A stretch of DNA of 64,000 bases, taken from NCBI GenBank assembly GCA_963771355.1, contig CAVYTA010000006.1:2304001-2368000 (forward strand), in the 5' to 3' direction. Position numbers and translations under genes: made by a program. Of the stretch, positions 29,075 to 39,123 are shown one piece after another (the first letter of the stretch is position 1; each line of letters starts with the position of its first letter). The notes under the pieces were generated by a model that was not told the DNA's origin, did no database searches, and worked only from the letters and a program-made list of their open reading frames with translations. The DNA is from an uncultured Candidatus Rokubacteria bacterium (GTDB lineage Bacteria; Methylomirabilota; Methylomirabilia; Rokubacteriales; CSP1-6).

Positions 29075-30255
29075 GGCGATGTCTCCTTTTGGGCGAAGCC
29101 GTCTTTCATGACGAGGCGGACCCGGCGAAGCGCCTCGATGTCCGCCAGCGGATTGCCCTCGATCGCGATCAGATCGGCCCGCTTGCCCGGGGTGAGCGTC
29201 CCGAGGTCGCCGTCCACCCGGCACGCCTCGGCGCCGCCGCGGGTGCCCGCGATGAGCGCATCATGCGCCGACACGCCGAGCCGCACCAGCGTGGCCATCT
29301 CGAAGGCCATGAGCCCGTGCATGCTGTCCGTGCCCACGGCGATGCGGATGCCGGAGGCCAGATGCCGGGGGAAGTTCTCCGCGACGACACGCCGGGCCCA
29401 CAGCACCTTGTCCATGATGGCGGAGTTCCGGCCGTCGCCCTGCTCGATGCCGGTGGGGTGCATGAATATCGAGAAGGTACAGACCAGCCGGACGTCGCGC
29501 TCCTTCATGAGCGCGATGTCGTCGTCGCTGGCGAGTACGCCATGCTCGATGGTGGATACGCCCTCCTCCACGGAGAGGCGCAGGCCCAGCCCGCCGTGGG
29601 CGTGGGCGGCGGCGTACTTGCCCACGCGGTGGGCCTCCTCCACCGCGGCGCGGATCTCCTCCCGGGAATAGACGCTCGCTTGGAGGGTGGTGTTCGACGA
29701 GCTCACGCCACCGGTGGCGAAGAGCTTCACGTGATCGGCCCCGTGCTGGAAGTTCTCGCGCACGCCGCGGCGGATCTCGTCCACGCCGTCGAAGGCAGTA
29801 TGGGCGCGGCCGTGCCCGTTGCTGGCGGTGATGCCGCGGGTGGCGCAGAGGAGCCGCGGGCCGGGGATGACGCCGGCCTCGATGGCGTCACGCACCTGCA
29901 CGTCGAGGAAGTTCTCCTCCGCCATGACGCGCATGGTGGTGGTGCCGGCGGCGAGGTCGCGGCGGAGGTTGGCGGTGGCGCGGAGCGCCTGGGGCACGGG
30001 GGCCTGGCGGAGCTGGCCGATCTGATCGCCGGCGCCGGGGACGATGGAGATATGGCTGTGGGCGTCCACGAAGCCGGGCATCACGAAGCGGTCGCCGAGC
30101 TCCAGGCGCTCGGCGCCGGCGGGGACGGGCGTCGTCGCGGCGGGCCCCGCGGCGGCGATGCGGCCGTCTTCCACGAGAAGCATCGCGTCGCGCGTCGGCG
30201 CGGCGCCGGTGCCGTCGAAGAGGGTGCCGCAGCGGATGGCGCGCACGGTGCTCAT
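29071..30255 (-). CDS. Metal-dependent amidohydrolase (Xaa-Pro dipeptidase/imidazolonepropionase-like)
   Basis: PGFVDAHSH, VKLFATGG, AHAHG, IEHG, VGTD, GKRADL. Confidence 0.92.
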   Translation of the reverse strand: MSTVRAIRCGTLFDGTGAAPTRDAMLLVEDGRIAAAGPAATTPVPAGAERLELGDRFVMPGFVDAHSHISIVPGAGDQIGQLRQAPVPQALRATANLRRDLAAGTTTMRVMAEENFLDVQVRDAIEAGVIPGPRLLCATRGITASNGHGRAHTAFDGVDEIRRGVRENFQHGADHVKLFATGGVSSSNTTLQASVYSREEIRAAVEEAHRVGKYAAAHAHGGLGLRLSVEEGVSTIEHGVLASDDDIALMKERDVRLVCTFSIFMHPTGIEQGDGRNSAIMDKVLWARRVVAENFPRHLASGIRIAVGTDSMHGLMAFEMATLVRLGVSAHDALIAGTRGGAEACRVDGDLGTLTPGKRADLIAIEGNPLADIEALRRVRLVMKDGFAQKETSP

Positions 30256-30268
30256 GGCGATGGGCGCC

Positions 30269-31960
30269 CTACGCCCCCGCGGCGGAGGCGCCGTAGTCGC
30301 GCCGCGCCGCCTCCGATGAGACGTAGCCCTCGCGTACGTCGCGGCGGACCGCCTCGGGATCGCGCTCGGCGGGCGGGCCGTAGCCGCCGCCCCCGCCCGT
30401 CATGATGCGCACGCGCTCGCCCGCCTCGATGGGATGCTGGGTGGCCTTGCGCACGTGGCGGATGGCGCCGTCGGGCGCGGTGATCTCCACGCCGTTCACG
30501 GCACCCTCGCGCCCCCCGCGGAGACCCCAGGGCGGCGTCACCTTGCGCTCCAGGCTGAAGGTGATGAAGGCGGGGGTGAGAAACTCGTACACGCGCTCGA
30601 TCCCGAGCCCGCCGCGATGGCGGCCGGCGCCGCCCGAGTCGGGACGGAGCGAGTAGCGGAGGATGCGGATGGCGCCGTTGCGCGACTCCACGACCTCGAC
30701 GGGATTGTTGCGGGCGGTGGAGCCCGCGAAGATGATCATCCCCGACTCGCCATCGTAGGTGGGACGGGCGCCGGTGCCGCCGGCGTTGAGGTCGCCCTGG
30801 ATGAAGAGCCGCCCCGTCTCGGGATGCGTGCCGAAGGCGATGGTCGGCATCTGGTCGCCGTAGGAGCCGGCGGGAATCTGCCCGCGCATGCCTTCCGACA
30901 GGGCGCGCAGGCCGAGGTCGATGAGCAGGTTGATGGGGACGTAGTAGCGCGCGGTGGGAGCGGGCTCCTGAGCCGCCAGCACCGAGCCCGGCGGGATCAG
31001 GACGGTGAGCGGGCGGAAGCAGCCCTCGTCCACCGGGGTCAGGGGCGTGGTCAGGCACTTGATGAGGAGCCGGCACGCGCTGATGGTGATGGCGTCGCCG
31101 CAGTTGAAGGGCCCCACCACCTGCGGGCTCGAGCCCGTGAAGTCCACCGTCATGCCGCCCTCGTCCACCGTGATCGCCATCTCGACGCGCACCGGCTGGT
31201 CGAGGCTGATGCCGTCGTTGTCGAAGTGGCCGATCGCCTGATAGCGGCCCCGGGGAATGCGTGCCAGCTCGGCGCGGGTGCGACGCTCCGACTGCTCCAT
31301 GTAGACGCGCGTGGACTCGAGCACGGTATCGCGCCCGTACTTGGCGAGGATTTCGCGGAAGTAGGACTCGCCGGCGCGGCAGACGGCGATCATGGCCTGG
31401 ATGTCCTTGAGGGTGCCGCTCTCCGTGCGGATGTTCCCACGGATCACCCGCATGACCTCGTCGTTGAGGTCCCCACGGCTGAACAGACGCACGGACTGAA
31501 AACGTAGGCCTTCCTGGCGGAACTCGCGCGAGCCCACCTGCATGCTACTGGGCACGGGCCCGCCCACGTCGCTCCAGTGCGCCTTCACCGAGACGAAGCC
31601 GGTGAGCAGGCCCTCCCAGAACACGGGGGCGTACATGGCGACGTCGTTGAGGTGATTGCCGTTCCCCGCGTACGGGTCGTTATGGATGAAGATGTCGCCT
31701 TCGCGGAAGGCCTCGATACCCCGGTCGCGCACCGTCGCCTCGATGGGGAAGCCGAGGTGACCCTGGAAGACGGGCAGGCCGATGCCCTGGGCGATCATCT
31801 GCACGTCGGGGTCGAAGATGGCGCAGCCGAAGTCGAGGCTCTCGCTGATGATGTGGTTGTAGGCGGTCTTGATCATGGTGATGCGCATGCGCTCGGCGGC
31901 GGCATTGAGGGCGGCGCGCACCACCTCCACGGTCACGGCATCGAGTGGCAGATTACCCAT
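30269..31960 (-). CDS. Hydantoinase B/oxoprolinase family protein
   Basis: IISESLDF, NDPYAGNGNHLND, HWSDVGG, EGL, GGGGYGPP. Confidence 0.93.
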   Translation of the reverse strand: MGNLPLDAVTVEVVRAALNAAAERMRITMIKTAYNHIISESLDFGCAIFDPDVQMIAQGIGLPVFQGHLGFPIEATVRDRGIEAFREGDIFIHNDPYAGNGNHLNDVAMYAPVFWEGLLTGFVSVKAHWSDVGGPVPSSMQVGSREFRQEGLRFQSVRLFSRGDLNDEVMRVIRGNIRTESGTLKDIQAMIAVCRAGESYFREILAKYGRDTVLESTRVYMEQSERRTRAELARIPRGRYQAIGHFDNDGISLDQPVRVEMAITVDEGGMTVDFTGSSPQVVGPFNCGDAITISACRLLIKCLTTPLTPVDEGCFRPLTVLIPPGSVLAAQEPAPTARYYVPINLLIDLGLRALSEGMRGQIPAGSYGDQMPTIAFGTHPETGRLFIQGDLNAGGTGARPTYDGESGMIIFAGSTARNNPVEVVESRNGAIRILRYSLRPDSGGAGRHRGGLGIERVYEFLTPAFITFSLERKVTPPWGLRGGREGAVNGVEITAPDGAIRHVRKATQHPIEAGERVRIMTGGGGGYGPPAERDPEAVRRDVREGYVSSEAARRDYGASAAGA

Positions 31961-31961
31961 C

Positions 31962-33983
31962 TCAGGCCCCCTTGGCGACGTCGATGACGAGACAGGCGTT
32001 GGCCTCGACGCGGAGGGCGTCGCCCGGCTCGAGCATGGTGGTGGTGCCGGCCTCCTCGATGGCGGCGGGACCCGCGACGGTGTCGCCGGCCCGGAGCCGC
32101 TCCCGCTCGACCACGCGATACTCGAGGACGTCGCGGGCCAGGGTGGAGTAGATCTTGCGCGTCTCGAAGGCGGGCCCCCGCCCGCCCGACTTCTCGAGCG
32201 TGGGCAGCCGGGGCCGCTCGAGGGGATAGACTACCGCGAGTCGGAGGTTCAGGAGCTGCACCTCCACCTCCGGCGCGGCATAGCCGTAGGCGCGCTGATG
32301 GGCGGCATCGAAGCGGGACCGGAGCGAGGCCCAGTCGGCGAGCGTCTCCACCTCCACGGTGACGGTGTGCTCTTGGCCGAGATAGCGGAGGTCGGCGGCC
32401 CGATGCCGCGTGGCCGCGCCCACCGCGGGCAGGATGGACTCGATCTCGCGCTCCATCTCGCCGTAGCGGACGTCCGCCCAGGCCGCGTCGGTGCGCTCGA
32501 GCGGCTCGAGGACGGTGCGGACGAGGTCGTGGCGGAGGTCGGTGGCGAGCATGCCACAGGCCGAGAAGGTGGAGGGGGAGGGCGGAATGATGACGCGCGG
32601 GATGCCCAGCTCGCGGGCGATGGCCACCGCGTGGAGCGGGCCGCCGCCGCCGTAGGCCACCAAGGTGTAGTCGCGCGGATCGAGGCCACGCTCGGTGGTG
32701 ATGCTGCGCACCGCGAGGGCCATCTTCACGTCGGCGAGCCGCACCACGCCCGCCGCCGCGGTGTCGCGTGCGAGCCCCAGCGGGAGGCCGAGCTTCTCCT
32801 CGATGGCGCGGTTGGCCGCGGCAAGGTCGAGCGGCATGGTGCCGCCGAGGAAGCGGCCGGCGGCGATGCGGCCGAGCACGAGATTGGCGTCCGTCACCGT
32901 GGGCTCGTCGCCCCCGCGCGCGTAGCAGACGGCGCCGGGATCGGCGCCCGCGCTCTGCGGTCCCAGGGTGAGCGCCCCTCCCGCGTCGATCCAGGCGATG
33001 GTGCCGCCGCCCGCGCTCACCTCGGTGATGTCGATGACGGGGATGCGCAACGGGTGCCCGTCCACGTGGTACTCGTCCGTAGTCTGGACGAGGCCCTTCT
33101 CGACGATGGCACACTTCGCGGTGGTGCCGCCCATGTCGAAGGAGATGAGCCGGTCCGCCCCCAGCGCCCGCGCCAGGCTCGCGCAGCCGATGGCGCCGGC
33201 GGCCGGACCCGACTCGATGGTGTGCACCGGTCTGGAGGCGGCCGCCTCCAGCGAGCAGGCGCCGCCGTTCGACTGGGTGATGAGGAGTTGACCCCTGAAG
33301 CCACGTCCGGCAAGACCTTGCTCGAAGGCCCCGAGGTAGCGATCCATGATGGGTTGAACATAGGCGTTCACCACGGTGGTGCTGGTTCGCTCGTACTCGC
33401 GCCACTCCTGGGTGATGCGGTGCGAGACGGAGATGGCGGCGGCGGGCAGGACCTCGGCCACCAGCTCGGCGGCGCGCCGCTCGTGCTCGGGGTTGCGGAA
33501 CGAGAAGAGGAAGCAGACCGCCACCGACTCCACGCCCTCGGCGGCCAGTCGCCGGGCGGCTTCGCGGACGGCCGCCTCGTCGAGAGGAACGAGGACCTCC
33601 CCCCGCGCGGTCAGGCGCTCCGGCACCTCGAGACAGCGGCCGCGAGGCACCAGGGGCGTCGGCCGGCGGTACAGCACGTCGTACATGCGGAGGAAGTTGC
33701 CGCGGCCGATCTCCAGCACATCCCGGAAGCCATCGGTGGTGACCAGCCCGGTCCGGGCGCCCTTGCGCTCGAGGAGGGCGTTGATGCCGATGGTTGTCCC
33801 GTGGATGACGAGCCGGCAGTCGGCCAGGCGGACGCCGGCCTGGTCCACGCAGCGGAGGATGCCCTCGAGGAGGTTCTTGGGGGTGGAGAGCGCCTTGGTA
33901 TCGACCATCGCCCCGGTCGCCTCGTCGAGAGCGACCAGGTCAGTGAAGGTGCCGCCGATGTCGATGCCGATTCGGAGAGCCAC
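31962..33983 (-). CDS. Hydantoinase A/oxoprolinase family protein (ATP-binding subunit)
   Basis: IDIGGTFTD, HGTT, EYERTSTT, SGPAAG, DMGGTT, PTVTDA. Confidence 0.94.
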   Translation of the reverse strand: MALRIGIDIGGTFTDLVALDEATGAMVDTKALSTPKNLLEGILRCVDQAGVRLADCRLVIHGTTIGINALLERKGARTGLVTTDGFRDVLEIGRGNFLRMYDVLYRRPTPLVPRGRCLEVPERLTARGEVLVPLDEAAVREAARRLAAEGVESVAVCFLFSFRNPEHERRAAELVAEVLPAAAISVSHRITQEWREYERTSTTVVNAYVQPIMDRYLGAFEQGLAGRGFRGQLLITQSNGGACSLEAAASRPVHTIESGPAAGAIGCASLARALGADRLISFDMGGTTAKCAIVEKGLVQTTDEYHVDGHPLRIPVIDITEVSAGGGTIAWIDAGGALTLGPQSAGADPGAVCYARGGDEPTVTDANLVLGRIAAGRFLGGTMPLDLAAANRAIEEKLGLPLGLARDTAAAGVVRLADVKMALAVRSITTERGLDPRDYTLVAYGGGGPLHAVAIARELGIPRVIIPPSPSTFSACGMLATDLRHDLVRTVLEPLERTDAAWADVRYGEMEREIESILPAVGAATRHRAADLRYLGQEHTVTVEVETLADWASLRSRFDAAHQRAYGYAAPEVEVQLLNLRLAVVYPLERPRLPTLEKSGGRGPAFETRKIYSTLARDVLEYRVVERERLRAGDTVAGPAAIEEAGTTTMLEPGDALRVEANACLVIDVAKGA

Positions 33984-34106
33984 TTTCCGCGGAGTATAGG
34001 GCGCGCGGGGAGACGCCGCAAGCGCGTCAGGGTGGCGTGGGTGCGCGCGCGATTGTGACGCGGGGGCTCGCGGGGAGCTGATCGGGCGCCGCGCCGGATC
34101 GGGCCT

Positions 34107-34376
34107 TCACGCCGGCCCACGCCCTCTGAGGGGCAACCGCGGCACCGGGATCGGCTCGCCGCGCTCCACGCGCCGGGCGAGCAAGGCCTCGCGCTCTTGC
34201 TCCAGCCGCTCGATGGCCTCCACCGCCGACTCCGCCTCCGCCGCGCAGCCCGGCAACTCGGGGTATGTGGCGCGACGCCACCAGAGGCCCCCCCGCTCGA
34301 CGGTCTCGACCACGAGGAGATAGGGAATTTTCTTGTAGTAGGCGAGGTCGGCGGGACGCGGGTCGGACCCCTCCAT
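34107..34376 (-). CDS. Small HicB-like fold protein
   Basis: ATYPELPGCAAEAESAVEAIERL...GEPIPVP matches the HicB N-terminal domain pattern; no DNA-binding tail. Confidence 0.7.
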   Translation of the reverse strand: MEGSDPRPADLAYYKKIPYLLVVETVERGGLWWRRATYPELPGCAAEAESAVEAIERLEQEREALLARRVERGEPIPVPRLPLRGRGPA

Positions 34377-34415
34377 CAAGCGCCGGCGGCCTCCGTCAAG
34401 CGGCGGCGGCCTCTA

Positions 34416-35720
34416 TCAGACAAACGGCACCCACGCGATCGGGACGCCCGCGTCGGACTGCCGCGCCTTCTCGGTGGCGGCAAGCCAGCTCTCGCCCTCG
34501 GGCAGGATCACGGAGGCTGGCCGCACGCGGTAGAGAGAGGCGTCGTCCACGTTGGCGGGCACGGCGCCGTGGTCGCGGAACGCCTTGGCCGCCTCGAGGA
34601 GAAGGCGCCGCGCGAAGATGACCATGGCGTCGGTGGTGCCGAGATGCTCCTGGGTGCGGTCGTAGATCGGACCCATCGTCTCGGTCATCGCGCGGTCTTG
34701 AAGGTTGCCGAGGAACGGGATGCCGAGGTTGAGCTCGGTGCGCTGCAGCTCGTGGTCCAGCAGGTAGTCGTTGTGGAGGTTCGCCTTGGTGTAGAAGCGC
34801 CGGCGCGGGTCGCTGCCGCTGTCCACATAGCCGCCCCATGTACGGAAGGGATCGCGCATCTGCCGGCGCTCCTCCTCCGTCACCGGTCGGTCGAGGCGGC
34901 CGCGCATCACGAACTGGAGATTCCGCTGGTCGTCCAGCGGCACCCAGGCGCGCGCCGAGACCACGTGGGGATCGCTGGCCGCGATCATCGTGAAGAAGGG
35001 CAGGATGAACTGGGTGATGCGATGCCAGTAGAGTCCGTCGGTGTCGCCGCGCCGGCGCGCCGAGTAGCAGGCCCCGTAGTCCGTGCCAAGCACCTCGAGG
35101 CGAGGCCGCTTGTCCCGGTGGAAGGTGCCGCGCTGCGGGCTATCCGCGCGAAGCTTGCCATGCACCCAGTCGATGTGGGCCGAGTCGATGTCGCCCTCGA
35201 GGGCCTGCATCCAGTTGCATTCTTCCAGCATCATCAGCGGCGGGTAGACCTGCTCGGCGGGCAGCGTGTTGATCTCGAACGTCGGGAACGGGGGCGCCGC
35301 CTGGCGCGGCCCCATGTACGTCCAGATCACGCCGTTGACGTCGAGGCACGGATACGCGCGGGCGCGCACCTTGTCCTTGAAGGTGCTGTCCTCCGGCTCG
35401 CTCGGCATGTCCACGCAGCGCCCGCTCACGTCCCACTTCCACCCGTGGTACGCGCAGCGAAGCCCGCACTCCTCGTTGCGCCCGAAGAAGAGCGAGGCGC
35501 CGCGGTGCGGGCAGTTGGCGGCGAGGAGGCCGACCTCGCCCCGCGTGTCGCGGAAGGCCACGAGGTCCTCGCCCATCAGCCGGACCTTCTTGGGCGGACC
35601 GTCGGGCGCTGGCAGTTCGGTGGCGGGCAGCGCGGGCATCCAGTACTGCCGCAGCAGGTCGCCCATCGGGGTGCCGCGGCCCACCCGGCAGAGGAGGTCG
35701 TTGTCCTCTTTCGAGAGCAT
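34416..35720 (-). CDS. Rieske non-heme iron oxygenase alpha subunit (phthalate 4,5-dioxygenase/LigX-like)
   Basis: CPH...CAYH Rieske ligands, EGDIDSAHIDWVH, QDRAM; start MLSKEDN at 35720. Confidence 0.93.
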   Translation of the reverse strand: MLSKEDNDLLCRVGRGTPMGDLLRQYWMPALPATELPAPDGPPKKVRLMGEDLVAFRDTRGEVGLLAANCPHRGASLFFGRNEECGLRCAYHGWKWDVSGRCVDMPSEPEDSTFKDKVRARAYPCLDVNGVIWTYMGPRQAAPPFPTFEINTLPAEQVYPPLMMLEECNWMQALEGDIDSAHIDWVHGKLRADSPQRGTFHRDKRPRLEVLGTDYGACYSARRRGDTDGLYWHRITQFILPFFTMIAASDPHVVSARAWVPLDDQRNLQFVMRGRLDRPVTEEERRQMRDPFRTWGGYVDSGSDPRRRFYTKANLHNDYLLDHELQRTELNLGIPFLGNLQDRAMTETMGPIYDRTQEHLGTTDAMVIFARRLLLEAAKAFRDHGAVPANVDDASLYRVRPASVILPEGESWLAATEKARQSDAGVPIAWVPFV

Positions 35721-35731
35721 GGTGTCTCCCT

Positions 35732-36694
35732 TCAGTCCCACACGGCGAAGGCCATCCCGCAGCCGGTGCCGGCCTCGGAGCGATAGCACGGCACGTAGTC
35801 CAGCAGGCGCATCGAGAGCCCCTCGAGGGCGCCCGCGGCCGCGATCCAGTTGCGGATCTCGGAGTTGCCGGAGTTCAGCCGGTCCAGGGGCAGGGCGGCC
35901 ACCGCGTCCGCGTCCCGCTTCGCGAGGATGTCGAGCACGTGGCGATCCAGCGCTTCGTCCACAACGAAGTGGCTGAGGCCGCCCGAGCCGAGGACACCCA
36001 CGCGCTGCGCCTCCGGCCAGGCCTCGATGGCCCCGCGCAGGGCGCGGCCAAGCTGATAGCAGCGCCTCGGCGTGGGCTGATTGGGTGGGTAGTAGGTGTT
36101 CAGAAGTACCGGCACGATCGGCACGACCTTGTCGCCCATCAATCGCTGATGCACGAAGCTCCACGCGTGGCCGAAGGGCGCGTGCCTCGGCTGCACCCGG
36201 ATGTGGGCGACGTCGAAGCCATGCTCGCGCGTGAGGGACTCGATGAGGTGACGGCCCAGCGCCGCGCTCACGGGGAAGGCGCGGTTCGCGCCGTCGCCGT
36301 AGTAGCCCCAGTAGCCCAGGCGTAGCGACGGCGCCATGCGCTCCACCGGCGGCGGCAGGCTTTCCACCGAATCGCCCCAGTAGATGCAGAGCGCGGGCTG
36401 GCTGTCGACGCTGAACCACTCGCCCTGGTCGTCGCCGATGATCACCAGCGCATCGAGGGCGGCCTCCGCGAGCACGGCGCTGAGGGCGGCGAGCGCGGCC
36501 TGATTGGCCGCGTGGCGCGCGGCGGTCACGCTGGGCGCGAGCTCGGGGGCGACCCGCACGGCGTTGTCCCGCGCGAGCGCCGCGAAGTCCGGCACCCGCG
36601 CCTGGTCGCGCTCGCGATGCCCCGCGAAGGCTTCGTGGGGCGTGCTGAGCATGGGGCTGTGCGAGGTGCCGATGCCGAGGACGATATCCGCCAT
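35732..36694 (-). CDS. Extradiol ring-cleavage dioxygenase, LigB/LigZ-like
   Basis: MADIVLGIGTSHSPML, GDDQGE, GHAW, GSGGLSH, SGNSEIRNW. Confidence 0.9.
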   Translation of the reverse strand: MADIVLGIGTSHSPMLSTPHEAFAGHRERDQARVPDFAALARDNAVRVAPELAPSVTAARHAANQAALAALSAVLAEAALDALVIIGDDQGEWFSVDSQPALCIYWGDSVESLPPPVERMAPSLRLGYWGYYGDGANRAFPVSAALGRHLIESLTREHGFDVAHIRVQPRHAPFGHAWSFVHQRLMGDKVVPIVPVLLNTYYPPNQPTPRRCYQLGRALRGAIEAWPEAQRVGVLGSGGLSHFVVDEALDRHVLDILAKRDADAVAALPLDRLNSGNSEIRNWIAAAGALEGLSMRLLDYVPCYRSEAGTGCGMAFAVWD

Positions 36695-36797
36695 TGCCGC
36701 CTCCGCCCGTCCGGGTGGCCCGATGCTAGCACATCGGCTGTCGGGCGCGCGGTACCCCCGCCTTGCTCCGCGTGGCCGGTCAGAGTAGAAACGGGGA

Positions 36798-39123
36798 ATG
36801 CATCGCGAGGGATCGTCGCTCCGGCTGGGCGGAGATGGGCCCGATGTGACACTCACGGTGGTGTCGCCGCGCATCGTCCGGGTGAGGCTCGAGACCGATG
36901 GCGCGGCGACGACGCCGTCCTACGTCGCCGCGCGCGAGGGGGCCGACGCACCGTTCGACGTGGTGCCGGGCGAGCCCGCTCGCCTGGTGACGCCGCATAT
37001 GCAGATCGAGATCTCGACGCGGCCGCTCCGGCTCGCCTTGCTCGACGCGCGCGGGGAGTGGGTGCTCCGGGAGCCGCCCGACGGCGGCATGGCCGAGACC
37101 GTGGACGCGAGCGGCCGGCGCCGTGTGCGCGTCAGCTTCACGTTTTCCGGCGAGCAGCATTTCTACGGGCTGGGACAGGGGGGCGGCGAGCTCGACCGCC
37201 TCGGCGTGACCCGCCAGCTCTGGAACAGCCACCTGGGCCACGGGCCCGGCTCGGACATGGGCGTCCCGCTCCTCGTCTCCACGCGCGGCTACGCGCTGTT
37301 CTTCGACAATCCCGGCGACGCGACCCTCGCGGTCGGACGCTCGGACAACGGGGTACGTATCGCGTACACCGCGGAGGCAGGTGCGCTCACCTGGTACGTC
37401 GTCATGGGGGACGACATCCGTGGGGTGATGCGGGAGATCGCGGACTTGCTCGGGCGCCCGACGCTGCCGCCGCGCTGGGCGCTGGGCTTCCTCCAGTCGA
37501 CCCGCCATTTCGACGACACCGCCGAACTGCGCCAGCTTCCTCGGACCATTCGCGAGAAGCGCATCCCGTGCGACGCCCTCATATATCTCTCGAGCTACGG
37601 CGAGGCGCTCGGCTGGAACCGCGGCGTGGGCCACCTCGAGTTCCAGCCCGCGCTCTGGAAGGATCCCGCCGCGCTGCTCGGCGAGGCGCGCGCGCAGCAC
37701 TTCGAGGTCATCACCCACGAGTACCCGGTGCTGCACGAGGAGTCCCCCATCTTCGCCGAGGCGGAATCGCGCGGCTATCTCGTGGACGCGGGCTACGAGC
37801 GCGGCGGCGGGGCCGGCGCCAACTATCGCGAGGGCCAGCGCTACCTCGACTTCTCCGACCCAGCGGTCGGCGCCTGGTGGTGGGCGGCGCATCCGAGCTG
37901 GTCGGGCTCGGCGTGGCGGGCTGGTGGCTGGACGGCGGCGAGGGCCCGCCCGCGGCGGCGACCCTGCGCGCCGGCGACGGCACGCCTCCTCCACAACATC
38001 TACGATCGCTTCCGCCACGAGGCGTTCGCCGCCGGCGAGGCGGCTGACCGGCCGCAGCAGCGGGTCTTCCTGCTCTGCCGCTCGGGCGCCGCCGGCATGC
38101 AGCGCTTCGGCGCGACGATCTGGACCGGTGACGTCAACAACGACTTCCGGACGCTGGAGGCGCAGATCCCCCTGGGGCTCAACACCGGCATGTCCGGGGT
38201 GCCGTACTGGGGCACTGACGTGGGTGGGTTCTTTCACTCCGTGCCTGCGACCGGCGAGCTCTACGCGCGCTGGTTCCAGCTCGGCGCCTTTAGCCCGATC
38301 TTCCGCTCGCACGGCTGGGTGTGGCGCGAGCACGTGCCATGGGCCCACGGCCCGCGCGTCGAGGCATCTGCCGTGCCTATGCGGAGCTGCGATACCGCCT
38401 GCTGCCATACACGTACACGCTGGCGTGGCAGGCCCACGAGGACGGCCTACCCCTCATGCGTCCGCTCGTTCTGAACTACCCGGACGACCCGCGCGTGTGG
38501 ACGCTCGGGCACAGTTCCTCTGGGGCGACGATCTGCTCGTGGCCCCGGTGACCCGTGAAGGCGCGACGACGTGGGCAGTCTATCTCCCGGCCGGCGTCTG
38601 GTACGACTTCTGGACGGGCGCGCGTCACGCGGGCCCCGGCGGCATCACGGTGGAGGCGCCGCTCGAGCGGCTCCCGCTCTTCGTCCGGGCCGGCGCCATC
38701 ATTCCCATGGGGCCCGTGATGCAGCATTCCGGCGAGCGTCCGCTGGACGAGCTGACGCTACGCGATCATCCCGAGGGGACGATCGCGCTTCGACGCTCTA
38801 CGAGGACGACGGCCGCACCCAGGGCTACCGCGAGGGGCGATACGCGCGGATCCGCTTCGAGTGCGTAGCCGCGCCGGACGGCGTAACGGTGCGCATCGGC
38901 GCCGCCACCGGCGACGCGACCGTGGTGCCGGCGCGGCGCCGCTATCACCTGGAGATGGGCGGGCCGGCGCCGCGCGCGGTCATGGTCGACGGCCACGGCG
39001 AGCTGCCGCGGCGCGAGGGGCCGGAGGCGACGGGCGCGGGCTGGTGGGTGGACCCCCGCGGCTTCACCGGCGTCCGCCTCCCCGACCAGCCCGCTCCCCT
39101 GACGGTGACGGCTCAGGACTTGA
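36798..39123 (+). CDS. Glycoside hydrolase family 31 (alpha-glucosidase/xylosidase) with about 5 frameshifts; 3' end approximate
   Basis: LPPRWALG, nucleophile region WWLDGGE (shifted frame), [32 protein letters not shown] spread over several frames. Confidence 0.85.
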
